The notes: generated by a model not told the origin, from the sequence alone. 63,130 nucleotides of DNA, filler included, from Basidiobolus ranarum (GCA_040143965.1; 34 parts of 34 records of this genome joined end to end with filler, not necessarily neighbours in it); one strand, 5' to 3'. Numbered from the whole stretch's first letter, positions 24,251 through 37,264 are shown. Numbers and translations are program-made.

Positions 24251-25365
24251 GGATATTGAATAACACATGCCAAACTTGAGGATCAATATTTTAACATGTA
24301 TGAATACCGCTAAGATACCGTCAAGAAACTGCCATCACATCATCAAAATCCCTGGCAGAATGCAAGCCAACAATTTTGTGATGGTTCTCTGACGGTTTTG
24401 CTATTTCAGAGGGTGGATCCAATCTGGATCAAATTGATTTTATTTTTGTTAGGGTAATATATCAGCAAAATTAGTGATGGATGTAGTGCAATGGGTTAAG
24501 GAGACTCCAGAGTATATTAACTCTTCAACAAAGGGCTCTTTTCAATGTGCTCATGGGTTTTTGCATTGTTTGAGCACAATAACAGCAACAAAGCCCAATC
24601 CATGGACACAGGTTAAGTATCTCCATAATTTGGACTAATTTGCTTGTGTGATAATCTGATGGTATTTTTAGGAAAGCTGCAAGACAGACTTCTTAGTGAG
24701 ATAGATCAAGATATGCAGTTCCACTGCTTTAGCCACAAGGTAATCTATTCAAGCAATGAGACATCTACTTGTGACAGGACATTTGTAGACTGCAGCTTGG
24801 GATATAGTGGCTGAATTCTTTATGGAAATTTGCCAAAGTCCCAGAGCTTATTCTGATTGTGAATGGTAACAAGAGTCAGCTATTTGCCAAGTGTCAGTGA
24901 TATTCAAAATTTCAGATGTTTAGCAACTTTTCCACCATTAGTTTGCTGGTAAAGCATATTGATGTTGTTGAGTTATGTCTAATTAGTCAAGTATGTGCAT
25001 ATGTTGAGAGTAAACACAACAAGATTCTTGTATTTTTTGATTCCCATTATGGCTGGAATACAAAGCCTAAAATATCTAAATAAAGGCATGCATAGTAATT
25101 CAAGTTCCTACAGCAGTAAACCTAGTAATTTGCCATTCAAAAATTATATTTTTGCAAAAATTGCTGGTTATTGAATAACAGATGCCAAATCTGAGGATCA
25201 ATATTGTAACAAGTATGTATACCATCAAAATACTGCCAAGAAACCACCATCACACCATCAAAATCCCTGGCAGAATGCAAGCCACCAATCCTGTGATGGT
25301 TCTCTGACAGTTTTGCTATTTCAGAGGGTGGATCCAATCAGGAACAAATTGATTTTATTTTTGTT
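24251..25365 (+). mobile_element. Two nested CMC right ends (terminus 24454; second end clipped at about 25365)
   Basis: TTTTTGTTAGGG is followed directly by transposase interior. Confidence 0.85.
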
Positions 25366-26010
25366 AACTAAGGTTAGTTAAAATTATATAGTTAAATATC
25401 ACTTGGCTGAAATTCGGAACATATATTACTTATATATGTGAATAAGTTGAGAGTTAGCAATTTAAAATTGGAAATTTCAAACTTGTCTAAATTGCTCCAA
25501 AGATAGCTCATTTTACTCCCACCAATGTTCTGAGCACAACCCCAGTGTTAGTTTTCTGTATTTCCACAAAAAGGTATAAATGTTTTATTTCTGGACAATA
25601 AACAATTATCTCACAAATCTATTCACAACTCCTCTTCTCTAAAGTTCCTCCAAACAGCCCATATTTTCCCAATATTATTGATCTGTTTGCACATTCTGCT
25701 ATTCCATTCTGCTGTGGGGAATATGGCACTGTAGTCTGCTGTTTAATCCCATGTGTTGAGCAGAAGTTAGAGAAGAGTTTTGATGTACATTTATTGAAAT
25801 TAGCATTGCCTAAACACCTATATAGTCATATATAGCTTAGTACTTAGTTATCTTATAACTCACTAAGATATTATCAATTATTCTCAATTGGAATTTACAT
25901 AGAATATTTTTACCAACTTAGAAGTTCTCAGATATATAGATTTTTCAAACTTGTGCTAGAAGCCCTAAACTTTGCACACATGTTCCTGGGACCTTCCTTA
26001 ACATATTCTA
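25366..26010. repeat. Copia LTR-2 part, integrase scrap and LTR-1 start (about 25792)
   Basis: Matches to 60080-60368 and to LTR-1. Confidence 0.75.
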
Positions 26011-26167
26011 NNNNNNNNNNNNNNNNNNNNNNNNNNNNNNNNNNNNNNNNNNNNTTAATTAATTAANNNNNNNNNNNNNNNNNNNNNNNNNNNNNNNNNN
26101 NNNNNNNNNNAGACTAAACAATCTTTCCAACCACTTAGCGCTTACTAAACATATTTCGTCGATGTAG

Positions 26168-26335
26168 ATTGGGAATGACGTATGGGTTGGTGGAGGAGCC
26201 ATTATCTGTCCTGGAGTCACTATTGGTGATGGTGTTACCATTGCTGCCGGAAGCGTAGTTACTAAAGATGTTCCACCACATGTATTGGTAGGTGGAGTAC
26301 CAGCCAAGATCATCAAAGAGATACCTAGAGATTAA
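26168..26335 (+). CDS. Maltose/galactoside O-acetyltransferase, upstream tandem copy (last exon only)
   Basis: [57 protein letters not shown]. Confidence 0.92.
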   Translation: MGNDVWVGGGAIICPGVTIGDGVTIAAGSVVTKDVPPHVLVGGVPAKIIKEIPRD

Positions 26336-27100
26336 TTCACACTAACCTATGCATCAAATTTCGCATCATTCACTCAATCCTTGAAAATAAACCACAGTTT
26401 TGAAATCATAATGGTTTATTTAGTAATATGGTGATAAAATATGTACCTCAATATAACACTGTTATATTTCTTTAGACATTAACTGATGGCTCTAGTAAAG
26501 TAAGCTTAAATCTCTACTTACACTTATTAGAGACATGAAATTTGTTCTCGATCGAAAGTATAAGGATTTTCAACTCTAACAATCGATCAACTCATGTAAA
26601 ATTATGACATCAAGTATTCTATCAAGATCTCTACTTTGTGAGAAAATGGTTGTAATGGATACAACATGGATATATTGAAATGGAATATATATTAATATGA
26701 GCGCTATAAATAGTATTAGCTATTTGCTGGTAATAAATTAATTTATGAATTAGTTACCAATGATCCTTCAACACAACATGTATACTCCAAAATATGTAGC
26801 TTAGGATCAGTTAATCAAATCCATAATAAATTTAAATATAATATGGAGAGCCTGGTGCATATTCAAAAAATGAGAATAGCATGTCTAGAATAACTTGAAC
26901 TACTTGCCATTTTCGTTGGTTAAACATATAGTTTACCTTGGTGGCTTCACAAATCCATAAAGGATGTAATTTCGCCTTTAATCAACCATCATTGATATGT
27001 ATATATATACTCTATGTACTTAAGTTTGTATATATCAAGTAACCACATGATTGAACTGATCATATTTATATAGGCTTTCTCTTCCGCTACAAATCATTAT

Positions 27101-27815
27101 ATGAATATAGCCAACAAAACTGAAAAAGAGAAGGCTTTATCTGGTGAGTTTTATATTGCTTCTGATCCAGAGCTCGTCGAAGACCGCTTGAAAGCACGAA
27201 AGTTTGCACGAAAATTTAACACTTCTAAACTGGAAGATGTCAAAGAACGTCAGCAATTACTTAAAGAGAATTTAGGAACCTTTTCTGAGGGGACTCATAT
27301 AAAGCCACCATTCTATGTTGACTACGTAATATAATTTCCTTTATTGATTCTATAACCTTTATTAAACATGGTTATTCTTATCCAACTACAATTATAGGGT
27401 TACAATATTCACGTTGGAAAGAATTCTTACATGAACCTCAACTGTGTCATTCTCGACTGTAACCGAGTTGATATTGGTGATAACGTAATGTTTGGCCCTA
27501 ACGTACAAGTTTATGCCGCTACCCACCCTTTACAACCAAAACGTAGAGCTGATGGAGGACCAGAAATGGCCTACCCAGTGAAGGTATATATAACCTAAAA
27601 ATCTCACCAACCACTTTGCTCTTTCTGAGCTCATTTCGTCTATATAGATTGGGAATGACGTATGGGTTGGCGGAGGAACCATTATCTGTCCTGGAGTCAC
27701 TGTTGGTGATGGGGTTACCATTGCTGCCGGAAGCGTAGTTACTAAAGATGTTCCACCATATGTATTGGTAGGTGGAGTACCAGCCAAGATCATCAAAGAG
27801 ATACCTAGAGATTAA
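27101..27815 (+). CDS. Maltose O-acetyltransferase-like (hexapeptide repeat), complete, 192 aa; exons 27101-27325, 27398-27583, 27648-27815
   Basis: [12 protein letters not shown]...[16 protein letters not shown]...[12 protein letters not shown]...|IGNDVWVGG. Both introns are GT-AG and in phase. Confidence 0.95.
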
Positions 27816-27970
27816 TTCACACTAACCTATGCATCAAATTTCGCATCATTCACTCAATCCTTGAAAATAANNNNNNNNNNNNNNNNNNNNNNNNNNNNNN
27901 NNNNNNNNNNNNNNTTAATTAATTAANNNNNNNNNNNNNNNNNNNNNNNNNNNNNNNNNNNNNNNNNNNN

Positions 27971-28988
27971 TATAGGCCCTGGCAATACATTCTGGGAGTT
28001 CCCAATGGAGTGCACCTGAGGTGAAATGATGATCCATGTGAAATCATCAGTATTACCATATGCTAATCTGATGAACAATATATCAGCAAAATCAGTAACA
28101 GATATAATGCAATTGGTAAAACAAACTCTAGAGTTTATTAACCTGCCAACAAAGGGCTCTTTTCAGTGTGCTCATGGGTTTTTGCATTGTTTGAGCACAA
28201 TAATAGCAACAAAGCCCAATCCATGGACACAGAGTAAGTATCTCTATAATTGGACTAATTTGCTTGTGTGATAGTCAGATGATATTTTTATGAATGCTGC
28301 AAGACAGACTTCTTGGTGAGATAGATCAAGATATGCAATATTATTGTTTTAGCCATGGGGTAATCTATTCCAGCAATGACTTATCTACTTGTGGCAGGAC
28401 ATTTGTTGACTGCAATTTGGGGATATATTGGCTAAATTCTTTATGGAAATTTACCAAAATCCAACAGCTTATTCTCATTGTGGACAGTAACAAGAGTCAC
28501 CTCTTTGCCAAGTGTCAGTGCTATTCAAAATTTCAGATGTTTAGCTGTTTTTCCACCATTAGTTTGCTGGTAAAGCATATTGATGTTGTTCAGTCATGTC
28601 TGATCAGTGAAGTATATGCATATGTAGAGAGTAAACACAACAAGATTCTTGTATTTTTTGATTCTCATTATGGCTGGAATACAAAGCCTAAAATATCTAA
28701 ATAAAGGCTTGCACATTATTTCAAATTCCTACAGCAGTAAACCCAGTAATTTGCCATTCAAAAATTATATTTTTGCAAAATTGCCAAATATTGAATAATG
28801 CATGCCAAATTTGTGGATCAATATTTTAACATGTATGAATACCATCAAAACACCATCACAAAATCACCATCATACCATCAAAATCCCTGGCAGAATGCAA
28901 GCCATCAATATTGTGACAGTCTCTTAAGGTTTTGCTCTTTTGGAGGGTGGATCCAATCTGGATCAAATTGATTTTATTTTTGTTAGGG
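27971..28988 (+). mobile_element. CMC transposase C-terminus and right TIR
   Basis: FWEFPMECT motif. Ends TTTTTGTTAGGG at 28988. Confidence 0.9.
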
Positions 28989-29730
28989 AACCAAAAATCA
29001 GTCTAAATTTGATCCAAAAAGTAAGAAATACGTACTTCTGGGGTATTGTACCTGAACTAAGGCCTACAGACTCTATGATATCAAAACTTCCAAGTTAATC
29101 AATCCAGCAATGTTTTGTTTACTGAAAGTGAACATTTTTCACCTCAAATGGCCTCAGATGATGACAAAAATCACTTTTCTCCTGATCCAATCATTCAAAT
29201 TGTTTGAAACTAAAACAATGAAGATAATAGCATTCCTGTTGACCCTTCAATCAAATTTCGCCTACTGAAGTGCCCAATACCATGCCAGAAGTCATAGTAC
29301 CTTTATCCCAAACCAGAAGATCAAATTGGATCTGAAAAACCTTCCTTACCATGTCAATGAGTTCTAAATTTGGCCTATGCCTGCACAGCTCAAATACATG
29401 AACCCCAAACTGTAAAAGAGGCCCAGAATGTCCCTCACATAAAATTTTGGAGATCTGTAATATCTGATGAGTACCACACTTTGATTGATATTTGGACCTG
29501 AATTTTAGCCAACTTACCTGATTATTTAGAAATGATTGACTGCCAATGAGTTTTTTAAGTTAAATAAAACTCTGACGGCAATGTAGAAAGGTATAATGCC
29601 AGACTTGTAGCCAAAAGATATTTCCAAACACCAGGAATAGATTATACATACACTTTTGCTCCTGATGCAAAGTTTAATTTAATTAGATTGAATTTAGCAA
29701 TTTCAGCTAATTTCAGTTTATTATACATCA
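28989..29730 (+). mobile_element. Copia integrase-RT linker and RT start
   Basis: [26 protein letters not shown]. Confidence 0.9.
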
Positions 29731-30763
29731 NNNNNNNNNNNNNNNNNNNNNNNNNNNNNNNNNNNNNNNNNNNNTTAATTAATTAANNNNNNNNNNNNNN
29801 NNNNNNNNNNNNNNNNNNNNNNNNNNNNNNACCAAAGAATCAATTAGCCAGAACCAGATACTACTGTATTAGGGTATTATGTAGCTAAAAATCAGGCAAA
29901 TATTGAGGATAATTCGAAAGTCCATATTAATCAAGGAAGAGAGAAAAGAGAAGTTTAGTCGAGGTGAGCATCATTATCGCATAAGAGACCAAGAGTTTAT
30001 CTGAACAAAAGACATAAAGTTAATCGGTCAATTGTCACTCGAGAATAGGGATTTTGAGCCAGTCTTAGTGTTAGATAACAAGACTCGATCAACTCCGTAT
30101 TATGTGAGATATTCCTTGTGACTTGAAACCACTTTGCAAAAGAAATTCCTCTGCCCCATCTATTGCCTTGAAAGCGTCGGTTTACTGCTCACCTTGTAAT
30201 GGGCCAGGTCTCGATTTAATCAAGACAGTCATTTTCAATAGATCATCCATTCACTATTATAGGAAAACATGAAGGAGTATCGTTTCCCGAGGGGTAATAT
30301 TACAGGGGAGCCAAGGATCATAATATCGACGTCTGATCTTGGGCCCAAGTGGTTCAAGTTTGGACCTGCTTTCGTTTATAGATTGTATTGACGACAAGAA
30401 TCTCGAATCAAGTAATGCTCAAGTATAGTTTGCATTCGTCTTATGGAAACCTGAGGCGCAACATCCCATATTATGCAAATTAAGGCATTGAAGTGTAGTA
30501 CGATTTAGGTGGTTTTAAACGTTGGAAAGCTAATTCGTAAACGCTGCATGATTCATATGGATCAATAAAGGATAATAAGAGACTGTCTAAACGGAAAAGC
30601 TAAAAAGAGTAGTTGATGTTATGAAAAGAATAAAGTGTGTACGTACCCTGTATCCAGTCTTATACCTTTTGAAACCTCCAAACTCGTAGCCAATAGGGGG
30701 TGGAATTGACTAAGCGCATTCAATCAATGTAACCTTAGATTGAAAGCAAGTTTGATGAAGAGC

Positions 30764-30885
30764 TTAGGGTTAGGCTCCGATTTCATAGCTAAAATTTAGT
30801 GAATCTGGGTATCCCTAGCCCAGATGATTTAATGGAGCGTAACCCTAAACGTGATGATCACTATCACTTAGCCCTAACCCTAACC
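30764..30885. promoter_or_regulatory. Cluster of telomere-like motifs (telo-box-like) upstream of NAG1
   Basis: TTAGGGTTAGG 30764-30774, TAACCCTAA 30840-30848, CCCTAACCCTAACC 30872-30885. Confidence 0.5.
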
Positions 30886-31322
30886 GTTTATCCTCAAGCG
30901 GTATCGGTGTTGGGTGAGGGCAAAGTCTAGTCACAAGTTAGGATCTATAAATTACTTTTACACCTGGACTTTTAATAGCCCGTGTGAAACGTGGAGACAG
31001 TCAACAGAGCCAATTAAGTATTCATCATAATTGGTCCGGATTAGGATTCTAGACAGCCACTTACTGCCAAAACTATATAACCTCCAGATATGGCTAATAT
31101 CTGATTAATCAACGCTATGCTGGGCAAAGTAGCAGGTAAAACTAATCTTCTCCATCTTTCTGAAGGGTTTGATTCGTCATCTATAATGGCTGAGTTCATT
31201 TGAATCCAGCCAATCTCACATGAGATAAAGTGAGAGAACAATGTGATTGAATGTATATAATGTACATGATCGAGTTTCCAAAATGTTGTAGATCTGCGTC
31301 TTACACTCATTTCTTATACATT

Positions 31323-31589
31323 ATGAGACTAGTTATCCGTGACGACGCTTCGAAAGTGAGCCAATATATTGCCGAGTATATCAAACGTCGTATCTTGGAG
31401 TTCAACCCAACTGAAGAGAGACCATTTGTGATCGGACTTCCTACCGGTGGCTCACCTATACAGGTTTACAGGCGCTTGGTTGAGTTCCACAAGGCTGGCG
31501 AGCTTTCCTTCAAGAATGTCATCACCTTTAACATGGACGAGTACGTCGGTCTCCCCAGAGATCATCCTGAGAGTTACCATTCTTTCATG
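31323..31589 (+). CDS. NAG1: Glucosamine-6-phosphate deaminase, 5' part
   Basis: MRLVIRDD...[13 protein letters not shown]...[24 protein letters not shown]. Confidence 0.97.
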
Positions 31590-31689
31590 NNNNNNNNNNN
31601 NNNNNNNNNNNNNNNNNNNNNNNNNNNNNNNNNTTAATTAATTAANNNNNNNNNNNNNNNNNNNNNNNNNNNNNNNNNNNNNNNNNNNN

Positions 31690-32889
31690 TACCAGCAAAC
31701 TAACGGTGGAAAAATTGCTAAACATCCAAAATTTTGAATAGCACTGACACTTGGCAAATAGCTGACTCTTGTTACCATTCACAATGAGAATAAGCTCTTG
31801 AATTTGGCAAATTTCTGTAAAGAATTCAGCCAATATATCCCCAACTGGCAGTCAACAAATGTCCTGCCACAAGTAGATGTGGCATTGCTGGAATAGATTA
31901 ACCCATGGCTAAAACAATAATACTACATATCTTGATCTATCTCACCAAGAAGTCTGTCTTGCAGCTTTCCTGAAATTACTCTCAGATTATAACACAAGCA
32001 AAGTAGTCCAATTACAGAGGTACTTACCCTGTATCCATGGATTGGGCTTTGTTGGGGTTATTGTGCTCAAACAATGCAAAAACCCATGAGCACATTGAAA
32101 AGAGCCCTTTGTTGGCAGGTTAATATATTCTGGAGTCTCCTTAACCCATTGCATTACATCCATCACTGATTTAACTGATACATTGTTAATCAGATTAGCA
32201 TATGGTAATACTGACAATTTCACATGGAGCATCATTTCACCACAGGTGAACTCCATTGGGTACTCCCAGTATGTATAGCAAGGGCCTATAATCTCTAAGC
32301 ATTGTGAAATATACAGCAGGGAATGTATCAAATATCAGCATAGATTCAGTCTATCTTCTTTAAACCTGTAATAAAGTTTTTCATATCAAATTACAAAATC
32401 TTCACACAGTTGCTATATCTACCTGAGATCTGCCAATGTGAGTTGATGCCATCAGAATAAATTAACAATGTTGATAAACAACTCCCAATGTTGCCAATAT
32501 TTATCAGGCAGAAATCTTACCAAAATTCCACTTGAATATATACAAATCCAATACTTCCAGTCTTTGCATTTGAATAAATGCCTAGATAAGTGGAAATTGA
32601 TTGGAGTCCTGGTAAAATACAATGGTCTCTTGATGCTTTCAAGCATTTTCCCAATTGATTAAAATTTGATCCTATTTTGAGTTTCTCATTCATATTGAAT
32701 TTTCCACTATCTAGCTAAGTAAGTAGTATTGGAATGTTGTTAAATAGTAAGTGCATAGTGTCTAATGGGAAGCTCTGGCTCCAGCTGATCCCCTTTAGCA
32801 ATATAATCTTAGGCTTGCAGCTAATACTGAGTTTGATGTTAGAATGCCTATTTGGTGAACTGACATCAATGATCATGTTGAAATTAAAG
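31690..32889 (-). mobile_element. CMC transposase core to C-terminus (decayed)
   Basis: PLDTMH, FKCKDWKYW, IHSLL..GPCYTYWEYPME. Confidence 0.9.
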
Positions 32890-33438
32890 TGTCACATCAA
32901 GGAACTGGAAACGGACTGCAAACAACAACAAGAGGCTAGAAGGCAGGAGAGTACTTGGGTGTAGACCACAAGACAAGACAAGACAAGCCAGGACAGGGAA
33001 GATACTTTGGCAAGAATCTTTATTGATAACTGGCATTGATCAGACTGAGGTCTGAGCAAGGAATACATGGGGCTTATATAGATATTGCAAGATGAAACAT
33101 AATATACGGAATAGGGAATATACTGTGGCAAGTTTGAGAGTTGGGGTGTTGAGGACTACAAGGACCAATACAAAGAGGGATGATGTAAGGCTGATCAGGT
33201 GACCTTCCATGGAAGGTCTTGGTGGAAATACACTATGTGTGGGATGACTTGATTGGTTATGTTTCATGGAATGTCCTAAAGAACATGACTTCCATATAAG
33301 GTAATCTGGATGAACTAACACCAGATTGCCAAGAAGTGATGGCACAGCAGATATGATGTCATAATCTAATAATAGAAGAGTTCTATTTGCAGTGGATCAG
33401 TATGCCAAGATCAGAATCATGACAGTATCCCCTTCTTT
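32890..33438 (-). repeat. Gypsy LTR-3, full 3' LTR (32890-33424, 535 bp) with PPT
   Basis: TGTCA...TGACA termini. Minus strand reads AAGAAGGGGATAC|TGTCATG. Confidence 0.9.
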
Positions 33439-33548
33439 AGTGATGGCTNNNNNNNNNNNNNNNNNNNNNNNNNNNNNNNNNNNNNNNNNNNNTTAATTAA
33501 TTAANNNNNNNNNNNNNNNNNNNNNNNNNNNNNNNNNNNNNNNNNNNN

Positions 33549-34745
33549 CAACATTCCAATACTACTTACTCAGCTATATAGTGGAAAATTCAATATGAAT
33601 GAGCCATTTGCGATAGGATCAAAGTTTGAATTGATTGGGAAAAAGCTTGAAAACGTCAAGATACCTTCATATTTTACCAGCACTCCCATCAATATCCACT
33701 TGTCTAGGCATTTATTCAGATGCAAAGACTGGAAGTATTGGATTTGTATATATTCAAGTGGAATTTTGAAAAGATTTCTGCCTGATATAACATTATATGT
33801 ATTGATGACACTCCTGCCATCAATAAACTTGGCGGTTTTCATGGGTACAATGCACTATCTTGCTGTAGATTTTGTCAAATCAATGGAGGTTACTTAATCA
33901 GGCAAATACATTACTACTATCCAAATGCACAACTAAATTCCATGATTTTACCATCAAGAGCCTGGTCAGATTTCAGCATGATCACTGATATCAATTCACC
34001 AAATAGTCAGTCTAACATCAAGCTTGGTATAAGCTATAAGCCTAAGATTATATTGCTCAAGGGGATCAGCTGGAGCCAGTGCTTCCCATTAGGCACTATG
34101 CACTTACTATTTAACAACATTCCAATATTACTCACTCAGCTATATAGTGGAAAATTTAATATGAATGAGCCACTCAAGACGGGATTGAAGTTTGAATCAA
34201 TTGGGAAAATGCTTGAAAACATCAAGATGCCTTCATATTTTACCAGGACTCCCATCAATATCCACTCATCTAGGAGTTTATTCAAGTGCAAAGACTGGAA
34301 GTATTAGATTTGTATATATTCAAGTGGAATTTTGAAAAGATTTCTGCCCAATAAGTATTGGCAACAATGGGAGTTGTTTGTCAATACTTTCAATATATTC
34401 TTAGAGCATCAACTCACATTGTTAGATATTAGGAAGATATGGTGACTGTGCAAAGATTTTGTAATTGGATATGAATAACTTTATTACAGGTTTAAAGAAG
34501 ATAGACTGAATCTATGCTGGTATTTGATACATTCCCTGCTACATCTTTCACAATGCTTAGAGATTATAGGCCCTTGCTATACATTCTGGGAGTTCCCAAT
34601 GGAGGGCACCTATGGTGAAATGATGCTCCAGGTGAAATTGTCAGTATTACCATATGCTAATCTGATTAACACTATATCAGCAAAATCCGTGATGGATGTA
34701 AAGCAATGGGATAAGGAGACTCCAGAGTATATTACCCTGCCATCA
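33549..34745 (+). mobile_element. CMC transposase with internal duplication (33549-33787 recurs at about 34115-34350)
   Basis: NIPILLTQ...KRFLP occurs twice. Confidence 0.85.
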
Positions 34746-34889
34746 AAGTATTGGCAAAATATGGGCTGTTTGGAGGAACTTTAGAAAAGTGGAGTTGTGA
34801 ATAACTTTGTGAGATTTGACTAAGTAATGTTAACTAACTTATATGTGATATATGAAATAGTCAGGTGTATAAAGATAGAGATAATAGAT

Positions 34890-35306
34890 CCCTAACAAAA
34901 ATAAAATCAATTTGATCCAGATTGGATCCACCCTCCAAAATAGCAAAACCATCAGAGAACCATCACAATATTGTTGGCTTGCATTCTGCCAGGGATTTTG
35001 ATGATGTGACAGCGGTTTCTTAACGGTATCTTAGCGGTATTCATACATGTTAAGATATTGATCCTCAAATTTGGCATGCATTATTCAATATCCAGCAAAT
35101 TTTGCAAAAATATAATTTTCAAATGTCTAATTACTGGGTTTACAGCTGTAGGAATTCAAAATAATATGCATGCCTTTATTTAGATATTTTAGGCTTTGTA
35201 TTCCAGCCATAATGAGAATCAAAAAATACAAGAATCTTGTTGTGTTTAGTCTCTACATATGCATATATTTGACTGATTAGACATAACTCAACAACATCAA
35301 TATGCT
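34890..35306 (-). mobile_element. CMC right end inserted in copia LTR-2 (34748-34889)
   Basis: CCCTAACAAAAATAAAATC at 34890. Confidence 0.88.
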
Positions 35307-35469
35307 NNNNNNNNNNNNNNNNNNNNNNNNNNNNNNNNNNNNNNNNNNNNTTAATTAATTAANNNNNNNNNNNNNNNNNNNNNNNNNNNNNNNNNNNNNN
35401 NNNNNNACTCTCCTGCCTTCTAGCCTCTTGTCGTTGTGCCCAGTCCTTGTCCAGTTCCTTATTGTGACA

Positions 35470-36080
35470 TTTTTGATGTTATCTCTGCAAATGTATCAAA
35501 CTTTGTCAATTTCTCTCCTATTAGCAGTTTAAAGAAATATGCCCAATTGCCATTTGCTTGTCAAGACCTAAGATACACCACTTGAAATAAGTTATGAAAT
35601 TTTTGAGTAATACTGTCCCTTTGGTCTACAGGATTAATTCAATTCAAGGTACTTGAGTGCAAGATTGTGCACATTTTTCAAGATTATAAGCTATTAATCT
35701 TCTGTGCAAGTTATAACTGCTTTGACATTCAAAATCTTTTAGTTTGCTGGTTACCCAATGATATTTCTACTTTCATGTGCCTCAGCTATTTTTGGCTGTT
35801 ATGTAAGCTTGATTATTGAACACGTGTGCTGCTTTGTAGATTTTCATGGTAAGGTTCACATATGTTGTTTGAGATTGATTGAAATCCAGTATGACAATAG
35901 AAGGGAGTAACAGCCTGTTGCAGCAGCTAATTACAGCACAATTGATATCCTGTGTCAGTGTTCACTGAGCATGTAACACTTGTCTTATTGCCTCTGTTTG
36001 CTGCGGTAATGAATTCTTGCCACACTGTTGCTATTTGCAACCTCAATAGCAGCTTCACAGTTTCTACCTATTATATTATA
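35470..36080 (-). pseudogene. Diverged sister-subfamily CMC ORF-A
   Basis: QANGNWA block and flanks align loosely to 16840-17200. Preceded by the LTR-3 end at 35407-35469. Confidence 0.6.
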
Positions 36081-36111
36081 CAAACTATCACTGGGTAATG
36101 CACTCAGTATT

Positions 36112-37055
36112 CCCTAACAAAAATAATATTGATTTGATGCAGATTGGATCCACTCTGCTTGATTGCACAACATTCTGAGAACCATCACAATATTGGTGGC
36201 TTGCATTCTGCCACAAATTTTGATGGTGAGATGGCAGCTTCTTGATGGTATTTTGAAGGTATTCATACATGGTATAATATTGATCTGATTTTTGGCATGC
36301 ATTAATTAAATTGAAACAATTTTTGCAAAAACTAACTTTTAAATGGCAAATTACTGGGTTTACTACTATAGGAGTTCAAGTTAATATGGATGCCTTTATT
36401 TAGATATTTTAAGCTTTGTATTCCAGCCATCATGAGAATCACAAACTACAACAATCTTGTGGTGTTAAGTCTCAATATATGTACATACTTGACTGATCCT
36501 ACATAACTCAACAGCATCAATATGGTTTACCAGCAAATTAATGGTGGAAAAATTGTGGAACATCAAAATTTTGAATAGCACAGACACTAGGCAAATAGCT
36601 GACTCTTGTTGCCATTCACAATGAGAATAAGCTTTGGATTTTGGCAAATTTCCATAAAGAATTAAGCCTAAATATCCCCACTTGAAGTCAACAAATGTCT
36701 GCCACAAGTAGATGTGTCATTGCTTGAATAGATTACCCTATGGCTAAAACAATAATACTACATATTTCAATCTATCTCACCAAGAAGTCTGTCTTTCAGC
36801 TTTCTTTGAAATACCATCAGATTATCAGACAAACAAATTAGTACAAATAATAGAGGTATATACTCCCTAACAAAAATAAAATTGATTTGATCTGGATTGG
36901 ATCCACCCTCCAAAATTGCAAAACTGTCAGAGAACCATCACAATAATGGTGTCTTGTATTCTGCCAGGGATTTTGATAATGTGACAGTGGTTTCTTGATG
37001 GTATTTTGATGGTATTCATACATGTTGAAATATTGATCCTCAAATTTGGCATGCG
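36112..37055 (-). mobile_element. Two nested CMC right ends (termini 36112 and 36865)
   Basis: CCCTAACAAAAAT occurs twice. The second interrupts the transposase of the first. Confidence 0.88.
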
Positions 37056-37264
37056 TTGTAGTGGGGTAGCATTGCTACCCACTGGCAGGTTGACTTATTT
37101 CCACTCCAAGCTCATATCATTACTATTGCACAATTTCTATTTTATTATCCTTATTTGACTTACCNNNNNNNNNNNNNNNNNNNNNNNNNNNNNNNNNNNN
37201 NNNNNNNNTTAATTAATTAANNNNNNNNNNNNNNNNNNNNNNNNNNNNNNNNNNNNNNNNNNNN

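Noticed and set aside
26059-27796. Minus-strand ORFs MMILAGTPP (26059-26316, 27530-27796)
   Set aside because: Antisense shadows of the acetyltransferase exons.
30764-30885. True chromosome telomere
   Set aside because: At most about 2.3 repeats, mixed orientation, internal to the contig.
31251-31322. N-terminal extension of NAG1 in the ORF track
   Set aside because: Homologs begin MRL/MKL, so ATG 31323 is the better start.
26111-31589. Acetyltransferase and NAG1 as an amino-sugar gene cluster
   Set aside because: They are on different contigs, and order reflects length only.
37056-37085. Hairpin GTGGGGTAGCA-T-TGCTACCCAC as a terminator or Helitron end
   Set aside because: Eukaryotic context and no CTRR terminus. 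It begins with TGT at an insertion junction, so it is more likely an LTR start.
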